A DNA stretch of 63,717 nt, filler included, from Squatina squatina (Eukaryota): the NCBI GenBank assembly GCA_031763465.1. It is 3 parts of 3 records of this genome, joined end to end, with 100 filler letters (N's around TTAATTAATTAA, not from the genome) between each part and the next. Parts side by side here need not be neighbours in the genome. Positions count along the whole stretch, not along the records: positions 1 to 16,719 come from JARFOE010000046.1; positions 16,820 to 47,274 come from JARFOE010000001.1; 1 more part is not named here. One strand, 5' to 3'. The notes under the pieces are model-generated. The model was given only the letters and a program-made list of their open reading frames with translations. It did no database searches and was not told where the DNA came from. Shown piece by piece: positions 12,471 through 23,655 of this stretch. How positions within the stretch are numbered: the first letter of the stretch is position 1; each line of letters starts with the position of its first letter. The position numbers were made by a program, and so were the translations under genes.

Positions 12471-12652
12471 CCGTTTATCAATGTCACCATGCTGTAACTG
12501 GACAAAGCGAGCACTGATAGCAGCAATATAGCTTTGTTGATTTGAGAAAGCCACACGCCCTGCTCCTTTTGGGTACTTCAGCTCAGGGTCTGTATCAATG
12601 CCCGCATAGCAGACCCCTCCATACAGCCGATCCATGATCATAGCCAATTCAA
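12471..12652 (-). CDS. CPEB4: CPEB2/3/4-family penultimate exon (RRM2)
   Basis: (V)ELAMIMDRLYGGVCYAGIDTDPELKYPKGAGRVAFSNQQSYIAAISARFVQLQHGDIDKR; TTGCAG acceptor, GTAAGT donor; 182 nt; joins in frame to 11068. Confidence 0.92.
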
Positions 12653-15291
12653 CTGCAAGAAAAAACAAAATCCTATGCTTACAAAATAATTTCAACTTCC
12701 TTTTCCCCATGATTCAAAAAACATTACTTAATAATGCTTTTCTCCCAATTCACAACTACTACAAAAAGGACCTAGAATTAAAATTCTCCCATTTCTTTAA
12801 TACACTTTTCAAGTACTTCTTTCATTATACATTCTCTTCCAGATATGTTATAATCAATTGTTTGCCAATATGAAATTGAAAACAAAATGTGATGCAAAAC
12901 AGAAATAGTCCTTTTTCAAAAAAAAAAGTTTGCTTCTTCCTAAACCGTTTCAAAAAAAGTGGTTGAGTGTCCAAAAATTTACAGATTCAAATTCAAAGCA
13001 CACGGCTGCTTCACTCAATTTGCGAATGTTTAATCAGGCCCCAACTGGGACACTGCCTGGAAGAGTAGCCTCAACACCCTTCACAAGAGGGCTCAAATTC
13101 CGAATCTCGGTCTTGTTCATTCTTTGCATTTGCCCTCCCTCAGGACATGGGTTTATGAAAAGAAAAAAAGTGTGGAAAAATATTTGGTCAGGAACCATGA
13201 CCATTGCCCACACTGTCCAAACAAGTATGCTGAAAAATTGACATAGTAGCTGTGCGAAGAGGATCCTTGGAGATGTCTGCACACTCGACTATATTCACTA
13301 ATTTCCTGAATGACTGCAGCAACAGGAATATAGGTATTGAACATGTTTGGGAATGGAGGATGGAGGGAAGGAGGAAAGAATAAAAATAACTCTGGCTGCT
13401 GATCATTTTCTTTTTGCTANNNNNNNNNNNNNNNNNNNNNNNNNNNNNNNNNNNNNNNNNNNNNNNNNNNNNNNNNNNNNNNNNNNNNNNNNNNNNNNNN
13501 NNNNNNNNNNNNNNNNNNNGAAAAATGATAATGGCTATCTCAGTGAGTTACAAAGATCAATGGATTCCAGGGATTGATTGCCATCTTTAAATAAAGGTGT
13601 TCATAGAAAGTTAAACCACAAGAGTGATGGTCTTGATGACTCGTCATTAAAACAGAGAACTGAAATTTACAGCTTCAGATTATTCTTTGGCATCATTTTT
13701 ATAAGCATATCATGGAGATTGACTTCACTGCATTTTTTTTTTGCCATCACTGGGCATTCGTGATTGATGACAATGGATAGAAGGATTATAACAATCCCTA
13801 AATTTATCAAGAATATCACATCTGATTAAATGTATACTCCTTTTCTGGTAAAGATCAACACAAAACCAGCTCCTAGAATTCAAGATTAACGACTAAGTTC
13901 ACCTGGAGTAATTATAAACTGCATTAAGAATTTTTGAATGCAAAATTCATTTGCCATTGATTTTGCTGTTATTGTAATGGCATGGAGATAATTAATGAAC
14001 ACCTTGCTGCCAGGAATTTATTATTTTCTTGCTTTTCACTTGAATTACTTCACACAGGTTATAAAAAAGTGCTTTCGATGGCAATTATACTGCTGGTAGT
14101 GACTGCCTGCTCTTTTAAAAGCAATAATATCACTTGAAATGTCACAGATGAGCTTGAAATGGTGAATTAGAAGAAAAAGTAATTTAACATATATACATAT
14201 CTATAATTACAGACATGTCATTAATGAAAACCTAAATCTTTACAATGTCGCAGATACAATAGAAAAATATTTTCCAAGTGTTGAAACATGTGATTTTAAT
14301 AAATTATACATTTACAGAACACCAATACTGGCTATTCATGTAGAGATAAGGACAACTTTGTTTGCCTTTGTTCTTGTAACATCTTTGTGAAATGAGGCAT
14401 AAGAGAAGGAAGTTACTATCTAAGCAGTTATTTCAAGGAATGGCAATTTAAAAAATCAGCCCCAAAGGATAAAGCATTTTAGAGACAGCTGATGTTTTCT
14501 TGTGGAGATGAACAAACATTGAGATTTTTTTCTCATTGATCACAGCCGCACATGTAGTAGGGACAGTTAGTGAAATAATGAGGATAACCTGTCTGCAAAA
14601 TATCAGTGAAAGTGATTAGTTAATAATACAGAACAAAAAGGAACATCCATGAAGTAGCAGGGCAGTTTATTAGAACATTAAATCAAGTGAAAGCCATCTA
14701 TTATAGTTGTATGGTTAAACATGCCCAATAGGGATCCAAAATTGTTATAGTTAAAACCACACCAACTGGTGCTCACACCAAACTCAAAAGGGAAACTTTT
14801 AATGTCTAATTGGAAGTAGTTCAGTAGGCTCTTGAACAAACCAAACTGGAACGAGGCAGCAAGGATTGCTTTAAACTGTTTCTCCAATCAGAAAGTGTGC
14901 CTCAAATGCCTCTCCTGTATTGTTATCAAGCTGAATCATAATCCAACATTTTTTTTTTTAATATGACTACTTTGCAGTCAATAGATTGAGGAAAAAGTGA
15001 AGTCAGCTTTATGCATCTCAAAAGATAAAAAGCAGAGGTCTAGAATGAAATATAATGTACAATGAAAACATGATATGCAATTGAATATAAAAGTCTAAAT
15101 AAAATATACTTGCAGTTACATAATCCATTTCATGTTGAACTTTCTCAAAATACTTCACATAAGGAATTATTTTTTGTTTTGAAGTGCTGTGACTTAGGTT
15201 TAAAAAATGTAACATGACTAAATTACTGGCCTAGTCATTGTGCTGAAGTACTATACTATGAATACATTATAGTAATTTTTCATAGTTTTAC

Positions 15292-15315
15292 CTCGCCTTC
15301 GCCCATATGTCCTTG
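15292..15315 (-). CDS. CPEB4: 24-nt CPEB microexon encoding (A)RTYGRRR (CPEB4 neuronal microexon / B-region)
   Basis: Minus strand: gttttctttctgtttacatgcag|CAAGGACATATGGGCGAAGGCGAG|gtaaaa. Exactly 24 nt, canonical AG/GT, phase 1-1, same strand as and upstream of the other CPEB exons. Confidence 0.9.
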
Positions 15316-15939
15316 CTGCATGTAAACAGAAAGAAAACACTTCAATGATGGGAGATAAATTTATTTTCTTTATCACACCCTTGTAGAAAAAGCAATGGCA
15401 ATGCAGAGGCTGTGGTTTGTGTCATGGAAACACAATTAAAATTAGTTTCATCTTGTGTCTTCAAGGAAAGGGTGCAATTTAAATGGCTGTCACTTTAGTG
15501 AAAAAATACCTAATGTTAATACTGAAAACCCCCAACATCAGCCATCTATCGTGGTGTTAGCAAGAATGTAATACCAACAACTTCTTCAATCAGGTAGTTA
15601 CTAAACAACTTGAAAAAAATTTTTAAGAGGGAGGGGCAAAGGAAGACAGGATAAAGTGTACACCTGATAGTTAAAGATTACTTATGAACAATTAACTACA
15701 GCAAATCCCTCCTTGCTGTATTGAGTTGCTTCTTAAATGGTTTCGCCTCCATCACTCTGCCCAGGATCATTCCAAGTGCTGATCACTCTAACTTCCTGAT
15801 ATCAGTCTTAACTTTGCCTTTTATAGTTTGAACCAGTNNNNNNNNNNACCCCAGCTAGCAAATCGTAAACACAGCATGAATCAGTCACCCATTTCCTGAA
15901 ATTTACAGTACTTTTAAAAAAGATTCTAGAATAGGGCGT

Positions 15940-16390
15940 CACAAATTGCCCAGAGAAGGTGATGGACCGTTGCAGCAGTCTTGGTGAAGATGCTCCCACA
16001 ATGGTGTTAGGTAGGGAGTTCCAGGATTTTGACACAGCAACGAAGGAATGATGATGTATGTCCAAATCAGGATGTGTGACTTGGAGTGAAACATGGAAGC
16101 AATGTTGTTCCTATACACCTGCTGCTCTTTTCCTTTGAGCTGTTGGAGGTCGCAGTTTGGGAGGTGGTGCTAAAGAAATCTCGATGAGTTCCTACAGCCA
16201 CAGCAAGCCATTTTTTTTAAAATTTAAGTCAGCGTGTCGATCAAATTGACTGCTTTGTCCTGGATAGTGTCAAGTTTCTCAAGTGTTGAAGCTGCACCTA
16301 TTCAGGCAAGTGGAGAGTACAGTATCACACTCCTTCCCTGTGCCAATAGCCACAGAATACTCAGACTCTGGCCTGCTCTACCAGCCACAG
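15940..16390 (-). mobile_element. CR1/L2-group LINE 3' region, degenerate
   Basis: Minus-strand SFVAVSKSWNSLPNTIVG motif; same family as 43820-44118 and 45863-46040. Confidence 0.65.
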
Positions 16391-16719
16391 AATTTATGTA
16401 CATAAGCTTGGCCCAAAAACAGAGCACAAGCATGTCCAATTCATGCTGTTCATTAATCTATTTTAAACATTGATCTGAAAGGCACTAAAAACTGCCAACT
16501 AGTCAATCAGTACATGTTGATGCCCCTGATTGTGCACACTGTAGTGTGTATTGTACCTAACCTCAGCTTTGCCTATGTTCATATAGGAGATCTTAATCTC
16601 CTGAGGATTTAAAAAAGGTACAGCAAAAGAGGTTATATCAGACCGTCAGCTGCATGAAAACTTCCAATTAACAATGCTGTTTGCTGGGAGTAAAACTAAT
16701 GGCTCAGAAAACTTGACAT

Positions 16720-16819
16720 NNNNNNNNNNNNNNNNNNNNNNNNNNNNNNNNNNNNNNNNNNNNTTAATTAATTAANNNNNNNNNNNNNNNNNNNNNNNNN
16801 NNNNNNNNNNNNNNNNNNN
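16720..16819. other. Artificial scaffold-joining linker (N44-TTAATTAATTAA-N44)
   Basis: Palindromic 12-mer (16764-16775) with stops in all six frames, centred in an N run; identical structure at 47275-47374. Confidence 0.95.
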
Positions 16820-17100
16820 AGAGTACCCAGGCTCTGCCATGCTCTTAGTCACGGTGCTGATTTGGCTGGTCCAGCCAAATGCTAACTCCCAAAACATTGA
16901 TGGTGGTTGTGTTGGAGGGCATGGGGAGTTGGCTGGGCTTCCATCTGAGATCATTAGCCGTCACTTAAGTGGCACGAATGCTGTCAGTCATTTGTCAGCC
17001 CAATTTTGGATGGTATTCAGGTCCCATGCTCATGGACCAATTCATTAGCCGAGCAGTTGTGAGTGGAGCTGAACACTGGGATCGTTGGTGAACAGTTCCA
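16820..17100 (-). mobile_element. LINE RT/3' region fragment, degenerate
   Basis: Resembles the minus-strand LINE family at 15940-16390 (CTCTG.CC.GCTCTTAGTCACGG...TGGCTGGTCCAG). Confidence 0.5.
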
Positions 17101-17251
17101 CTCCTATCCTTACACATGCAAAATTTGTATCATGGTGCCATTGCAAACCACCATTAAACTGCAATGGCACAGAAATTATGCAATTTAAAATAAAACCTTT
17201 TAACTTTTGAAAATAGGACTTTCAGTTTCCAGTCTAATTGCATTTCTTTAG

Positions 17252-17521
<270 letters not shown>

Positions 17522-17597
17522 TAAATGCTGCCGTTACACAAGTGTGGATATATATTATATATTGAAAAATGTAATCCCTCTGTTGTCTGTCTTGTAG

Positions 17598-17771
<174 letters not shown>

Positions 17772-18244
17772 TAACTTGGTATATTACCCAAGAAGGTAGA
17801 AAGTAATTCACGAGTGTGGATGTGTTCTGCAGGCCCATGTGTAGACTCCTTTACAGTACATGCAGTTCTAGATGGCATGCTCCCAATGAGAGGATCGGGC
17901 CACCGGGACAAGGTGACTGGAAGCAAAGCCAAAAAGGGTGGATTTTGAGAAGCATTTTTAAAGGAGGATTCAGAAGTAGAAGCAGGGAGGAGATGAGGGG
18001 CCTCCTGAGGTGGGGCGAGGATACTGGCTGACTTCTCAGACCGGACATCTCTTTCCATCATTAACTTTGAATCTACAGTAGCTTTCCTTCAGCTCTGGGC
18101 GACATTACTTCGCTCCGGGCACATCAAGGATCCAATCTAGGGCCTTCATGGTCCGCACCGGTTGCACGACACTGTTTATATCTACTGAATCATCCCTGAA
18201 TTTCAAGGCTCGGTTCTAATGTTTAAACAACTTTCCTTTTGCAG

Positions 18245-18307
18245 ACATTAATGGGAGTTCGGGAGTTGAAGTTCCCCTCCTTATTTCTTGAGGAATATCT
18301 TCAGGAA
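18245..18307 (+). CDS. EIF2AK3: EIF2AK3 penultimate exon
   Basis: TLMGVRELKFPSLFLEEYLQE; ttttgcag acceptor, GTAAGT donor; 63 nt, in frame. The terminal exon was not found and presumably lies in a gap. Confidence 0.85.
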
Positions 18308-18534
18308 GTAAGTCATTGAGCATGAAATGCTATATGATCATATTTAATTTTTAATTTTACCAGATGTCTGATATTAATTTGTTTCCTTCAAGGGGTGGGG
18401 TGAGGTGGGGAAATGTAGTTTCTAAGTGGGAGTGGGTGCCTTGTGTTCAGTTCCTGGAACTTGGCTTAATTCCAACATGGAGTGGTGGGATGAAAATCCC
18501 TTTGCCAACTGTAGTTCCTTAGCATGTGTCCCTT

Positions 18535-18960
18535 CCTTCAACAACTTGCATTTATATAGCGCCTTTAATGTAGTAAAATGTTCCAAGGCGCTTCATTACC
18601 AGACAAAATTTCACAATGAGGTATTCGAATAGGTGACACAAAGCTTGATCAAAGAGGCAAGTTCTGGAGTGTCTTGAAGAAGGAGTAGGGTGCTGTTATG
18701 GAGGTTGAAGTCGGCGATCTTAGTGATGGAACGGATGTGGTCGGAAGCTTATCTTTGGGTCAGATATGAAACCAAGGTTGCGAATGGTCTGGTTCCGTCT
18801 CAGACAATTGCACGGGGAGAAGGGTGATGTCGATGGCTGGGGAATGGAGTCTGTGGAGGGGCCAATGCCAATAGCTTTGGTCTTCCCAATATTTAGTTGG
18901 AGGAAATTTCTGCTCGTCCAATACTGGATGTCAGACAAGCAGTGTGACAAATCGGAGTAG
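18535..18960 (-). mobile_element. L2-type LINE 3' fragment
   Basis: Minus strand CLSDIQYWTSRNFLQLNIGKTKAI...IRNLGFI.DP plus the tail CAACAACTTGCATTTATATAGCGCCTTTAA shared by many copies. Confidence 0.75.
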
Positions 18961-19754
18961 CGGGAAAGATGGGCACGGATTTGGTAGGTGACGACACGTT
19001 CAAGGATTTTGTCTGGAATGCACTGCCTGAAGGGGTGCTACAAGCAGATTGAACTTTTAAAAGGGAATTCCACTTCTACTTTAAAAAGGACCAATCTGCA
19101 GGGCTATGGGGAAGAGAGCAGGGGANNNNNNNNNNNNNNNNNNNNNNNNNNNNNNNNNNNNNNNNNNNNNNNNNNNNNNNNNNNNNNNNNNNNNNNNNNN
19201 NNNNNNNNNNNNNNNNNNNNNNNNNGAACAGGGACCACTGAGGACTGTGCAGCACTAGTTTATGGGGGCAATATGTAGATGGCTGTTGTTTTGTATTCAG
19301 AGGGTTCTTGTTCCCAGCAGCAGTGCTGATGTGGCTAAAGAATCCTCCAGAGAAAGAGGCAGATGAGAAACGAGTGTCTACAAACATTAACAATCACCTC
19401 AGATCTAATCACTGCAACAGATGGTCAGGACACTGCATCATTCTGCCGTTGCCTTAGCAGGTATGGCACATTTGAAGCAAATTTGCTACTATAATCTCTT
19501 ACACTTAGTTGGTTTAACTGTGTCTATATTAACGTTGTACCACTAGATTGCTTAACACCTGCAATGAAAAGAAAGTCAGACGGGATGTATAACGGGCGGC
19601 CGATTCACTACCTTCAGTTTCATGATAGCACCAAAAGTTAAAATCAGCCTTTATGATTTAAATGAAGTGTTCAAAATTAGGAAGGGTTTTGATGTGGTAA
19701 AGACAAATACATCTTTTACACTTCGAGGAGGGTCGGTAACCAGAAGTAGAATTT

Positions 19755-20397
19755 GGGCTCGAAATTTGGTGCATTTTTGCTTCCCGTAATGGGGCGCAAG
19801 TGCCTTAACGCCCAGGCGCAACACTGGCAAAGACTCCCACCATATTAGGCAGGGGCTTAGCGGCGGCGCTACGGTGTTGCGCCTCGATCTCCTGCCCCGA
19901 AAGATCGTGACGTAATCGCCGCGGGCATCGCCTCTGTTAGCGCCCCGACCCCAAAATTCAATTTCGCCCCCTGCAGCAGCACCGGCAAAAGCACTGACAG
20001 CTGCAAAGGACGCGGATCAAGCGGCCGGCTGCTACCGGGGCGAAAATTAAAGGTGAGGTAGCTGGGGTGGAGTGGGGGGAGGGGGAACTTGCCTTGTGTT
20101 TCCAGCTGCTGCTCCGTTTTCTTTTGCTTGAGTGCCGGGTTGATCGCGTGGCACCCCCACTCCCTGGTGGTCCAGGTACGTGGGTTCCTTGTCTGCAGAG
20201 TATGCAGCTTTATTCAGGGAAGAGCCCCTCATACGCAGCAGCGTTATGCACCCAGCGCTGCTGAGCCGTGTGCCCTGCTCCCACCCCCGAAAGGAAGTGG
20301 GGCGCTTGATTTTGTGCTCCACTTCCTTTCGGTAACCCCAATTTCCCTCCTCGCGAGTGCCACCGCCCAAAACGGGGTGATACCCAATTTCTCGGCC
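19755..20397. mobile_element. GC-rich Harbinger-like MITE (imperfect TIRs)
   Basis: Starts GGGCTCGAAATT and ends AATTTCTCGGCC; CpG-rich interior like 3638-4372; no TSD seen. Confidence 0.5.
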
Positions 20398-20556
20398 ACT
20401 GCAACCCAAGTTAGTCCATAAGCAACAGTGTGGGAGACTCATGAAACATATCGATTACTACTATCACTAAGGAGAAAGGAATTGGATTATCAAAGGCAAC
20501 GCAGTGGAACTGTGCTCACTGTCACACTGAATGCCGACTAAAACAGTTTCACTGAC

Positions 20557-20713
20557 CTTTTGCGAGACATCCTCTTCGGGTAGTGGTAAGGGGTGACGAC
20601 TGAACAATACCGGTCCAGGCTGATGAAACACAGGGTGACGATGGAGGCCGTGCAGAACATGACATCGAAGGAGATCCAGACTTTGCAGAACTGTCTGCCA
20701 AACATCCACATTC
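20557..20713 (-). CDS. Exon of an aminergic class A GPCR (ECL1-TM3-DRY-ICL2), subtype unassigned; 5' end lost in an N gap
   Basis: MWMFGRQFCKVWISFDVMFCTASIVTLCFISLDRYCSVVTPYHYPKRMSRK(R): WxFG, C3.25, D3.32 and DRY are present; phase-2 donor AG|GTCAGT at 20557/20556; no stops. Confidence 0.88.
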
Positions 20714-20839
20714 NNNNNNNNNNNNNAGGACCACGCAGCTTTTTCAGTGATACAAAATGGTACTTGGCTACAAGTGTCTAAAAGGACATACTTTGCCCAA
20801 AAATTGTTTCTGTTTTGGATTTTCTGAATTTGAATCACA

Positions 20840-21211
20840 CTTAAAAGGACGAAAGACCGAACAAGGCTTCTTTCCCTGGAAAAGAGGCTGAGGCGTGACC
20901 TGATAGGGGTCTTTAAAATTACAAAGGGGTTCAGTAGGGTCGATGTAGCGAAGATGTTTCCACTTGTGGGGGAAGCCCAAAACTGGGCGTCATAAATATA
21001 AGATAGTCAGTAATAAATCCAATAAGGAATCCTTTACCCAGCGAGTGTTTAGAATGTGGAATTTGCTACCACAGGGAGTGGTTGAGGCGAATAGCCGGGC
21101 TGCATTTAAGGGGGAGCTAGATAGGCAAGTGAGGTCGAAAAGAATAGAAGGATATGTTGATAGGTTGAGATGAAGTAGGGTGGAAGGAGGTTTGCGCGAA
21201 GCATAAATGCC
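20840..21211 (+). mobile_element. CR1 LINE 3' fragment
   Basis: LFSLEKRLRRDLIGVFKI...SFTQRVFRMWNLLPQGVVEA..AFKGELD is the CR1 RT C-terminus. Confidence 0.8.
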
Positions 21212-21949
21212 NNNNNNNNNNNNNNNNNNNNNNNNNNNNNNNNNNNNNNNNNNNNNNNNNNNNNNNNNNNNNNNNNNNNNNNNNNNNNNNNNNNNNNNNN
21301 NNNNNNNNNNNGCATGGCTGCCAGCAAAAGTAAAGTGAGATCATAACGGAGAGGGAGGTGAGACTTTAAAGAAGCTGAGAGACAGTTTCATGTTCATTCA
21401 GAAGCAGAGGTTGCCCTTTGATCCACTGAACAGGCCAACAAACATCACAGATCATGAGGTTATTAGCCAAGTGGATCAGATGGACCATGGAATCTCTGTC
21501 CCTTTTTAAAAACCTCAAGCGTTTGCCTTTCCCTTGACTTCTCCTCCCACTTCCTCTCTCGTGTAAACGTGCCCGTGATGAGCCTTCAGAACAGAAAGCT
21601 CCTCCTGGTTTAATATCATAGGACAAAAAAAGACCCAAGTGGGTTAAAATCTCACTGCACAAAGTTAGTGATGAATGTGTTTGCATGAAATTTCTCTGAC
21701 CAGTATGTTAAGCTGTTTATTTTGAATGGCTAGCAACCCTTATTAAAATACCAGGCCACGGATTCCCCACAAAAGTGTTAAGGTTTTCATTACTAACATC
21801 ACAGTGCAACGGCAACCCTTGTGAATATAGATGGGATTTATGTTTTTCCTCCAGCTTTCCTCTCCGATTTTCTTCCTCTTCTGACAGTGGTTTTATGTCT
21901 TGGTTAGGTTCTAGCGGGCTTGGCTACCCTCTGGTACCTTACTTGTCCA

Positions 21950-22265
21950 TCTTTCGGATGAGACGTTAAACCGAAGCTCCGTCTACTCTCTCAGGTGGAC
22001 ATAAAAGATCCCATGGCACTATTTCAAAGAGGAGCAAGGGAGATATCCCGGTGTCCTGGCCAATACTTATCCCTCAATCAACATCACCAGAAAAAACATA
22101 TTATCTGGTCATTATCACTTTGTTGTTTGTGGGAGCTTGCTGTGCGCAAATTGGCTGCCATGTTTCCTACATTACAACAGCGACTACACTTCAAAAAGTA
22201 CTTAATTGGTTGTAAAGCGCTTTGGGCATTTGGTGATCATGAAAGGCACTATATAACTGCAAACC
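21950..22265 (+). mobile_element. Deu-domain SINE (SacSINE1/AmnSINE1-like), well preserved core and tail
   Basis: CTTTCGGATGAGACGTTAAACCGA...AAAAGATCCCATGGCACTATTT...GGGAGCTTGCTGTGCGCAAATTGGCTGCC...TGTAAAGCGCTTTGGG...CACTATATAA. Confidence 0.8.
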
Positions 22266-22911
22266 TTTTTTTCTTTGTGTTTGTTTGAGTTAACCGAAAC
22301 AAACAATCACAGAGAAGAAGTATCAGTGGAATGATGTAACAGATCAGCTCATCAAGTATTAAAGGACATTAAAGAAATAAAGAGTCCATGAAAAGCTATA
22401 GTAGTGGGAAGCCGAAGGAAAATGGGAAAGATGGAAAACCTGGGGGTCAAGTTTGAAATTAAGACAGTTTTGACAATGACTTCACGAAAGGATTCTGGTC
22501 AGAATATACAGTAAAGGTAGTCCTGTATAAGTACAGCTCTAGATTTTGTAGTGCTCAGATGATGATTAATTATTTTGTTTGGGATTTTCCAATTTGTTTA
22601 AAGTGGGACTCCCTCCTCACATAATGTGGTCAGGCTGTTTATTTTGTGCACTTAAAACAAATGTTATTATGCAATAACGTGAATTAGGTGATGTAAATAA
22701 TAAGGAACGTAGAAATTCAGTGCAAAAAAAAGTTGATTTATCAAATAATTTGAATTAAGCAACTTTGGATTATGAGGAGTAAACTGTATTACATTTATCA
22801 GCTTTAAGAGACAACCCTGCTTAACTTAACTGGATTAATGCGTTGGAGACATGGGCGAGGTATTCTTCATATGTCCCACAAAAAATGGCTTGTTATCAAA
22901 ATATACTCATA

Positions 22912-23023
22912 AGACCATAAGAAGTAGGAACAGGAGTAGGCCATTCGGCCCCTCGAGCCTGCTCCACCATTCAATTGGATCATGGCTGATCCGACATTCC
23001 TCAAGTCCACCTTCCTGCCCTTT
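22912..23023 (-). mobile_element. CR1 LINE 3' terminus
   Basis: CATAAGAAGTAGGAACAGGAGTAGGCCATTCGGCCCCTCGAGCCTGCTCC; the same terminus occurs at 41435-41530 and 54360-54585. Confidence 0.75.
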
Positions 23024-23254
23024 NNNNNNNNNNNNNNNNNNNNNNNNNNNNNNNNNNNNNNNNNNNNNNNNNNNNNNNNNNNNNNNNNNNNNNNNNNNNN
23101 NNNNNNNNNNNNNNNNNNNNNNNTCTCGCTCTCCAACTGGCCTCATTGGTTACGGTCGACGTGCTTCTGAATTAAAAAGGATTGAGCGGCCCTCCAAGAT
23201 CACATGACCCCAGTTAACACCACTCTCCGAGCAACCCACCTCAATGTAAAGAAA

Positions 23255-23655
23255 GAAAGACTTGCATTTATCTAGAGCCGTTCACGACCAAGTGCTTTAC
23301 AGCCAAGAAAGTACTTTTGGAGTGTAGTCACTGTTGGAATGTGAGACACTCGGCAGCCAATTTGTGCACAGCAAGCTCCCAAAAACAGCAATGTGATAAT
23401 GACCAGATTATCTCTTTTTGCTATGTTGATTGAGGGATAAATATTGGCCAGGACACCAGNNNNNNNNNNTAGTGCTGTGAGAATCTTTTACTACCACACT
23501 CAGTTTAATGTCTCATCTGAAAGACAGCACCTCTGACAGTGCAGTACTGGTGCATCAGCCTAAGATTTTTGTGGTCAAGTCCCTGGAGTGTGAATTGAAC
23601 CCACAACCTTCTGACTCAGAGGTGAGTGTGCTACCCTCGGAGCCATAGCTGATGC
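23255..23655 (-). mobile_element. Deu-domain SINE including tRNA-like head
   Basis: Reverse complement of the 21950-22265 core plus head TCTGAGTCAGAAGGTTGTGGGTTCAATTCACACTCCAG. Confidence 0.75.

Noticed and set aside
12653-16719. CPEB3-type HDV-like ribozyme in CPEB introns
   Set aside because: No matching sequence seen; that ribozyme is known from mammalian CPEB3, and this gene is CPEB4-like.
19270-19460. Possible Harbinger transposase C-terminal remnant (LMWLKNPPEKEADEKR...RCL)
   Set aside because: Similarity is too weak and needs several frameshifts.
20727-20745. SCVVL on the minus strand as the GPCR TM2 continuation across the 13-N gap
   Set aside because: The gap is too short for the missing residues and the acceptor lacks a pyrimidine tract; unresolved without reads.
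23580-23655. tRNA gene (also near 12380-12445 and 63410-63460)
   Set aside because: A/B-box-like heads continue into SINE bodies and lack a full cloverleaf.
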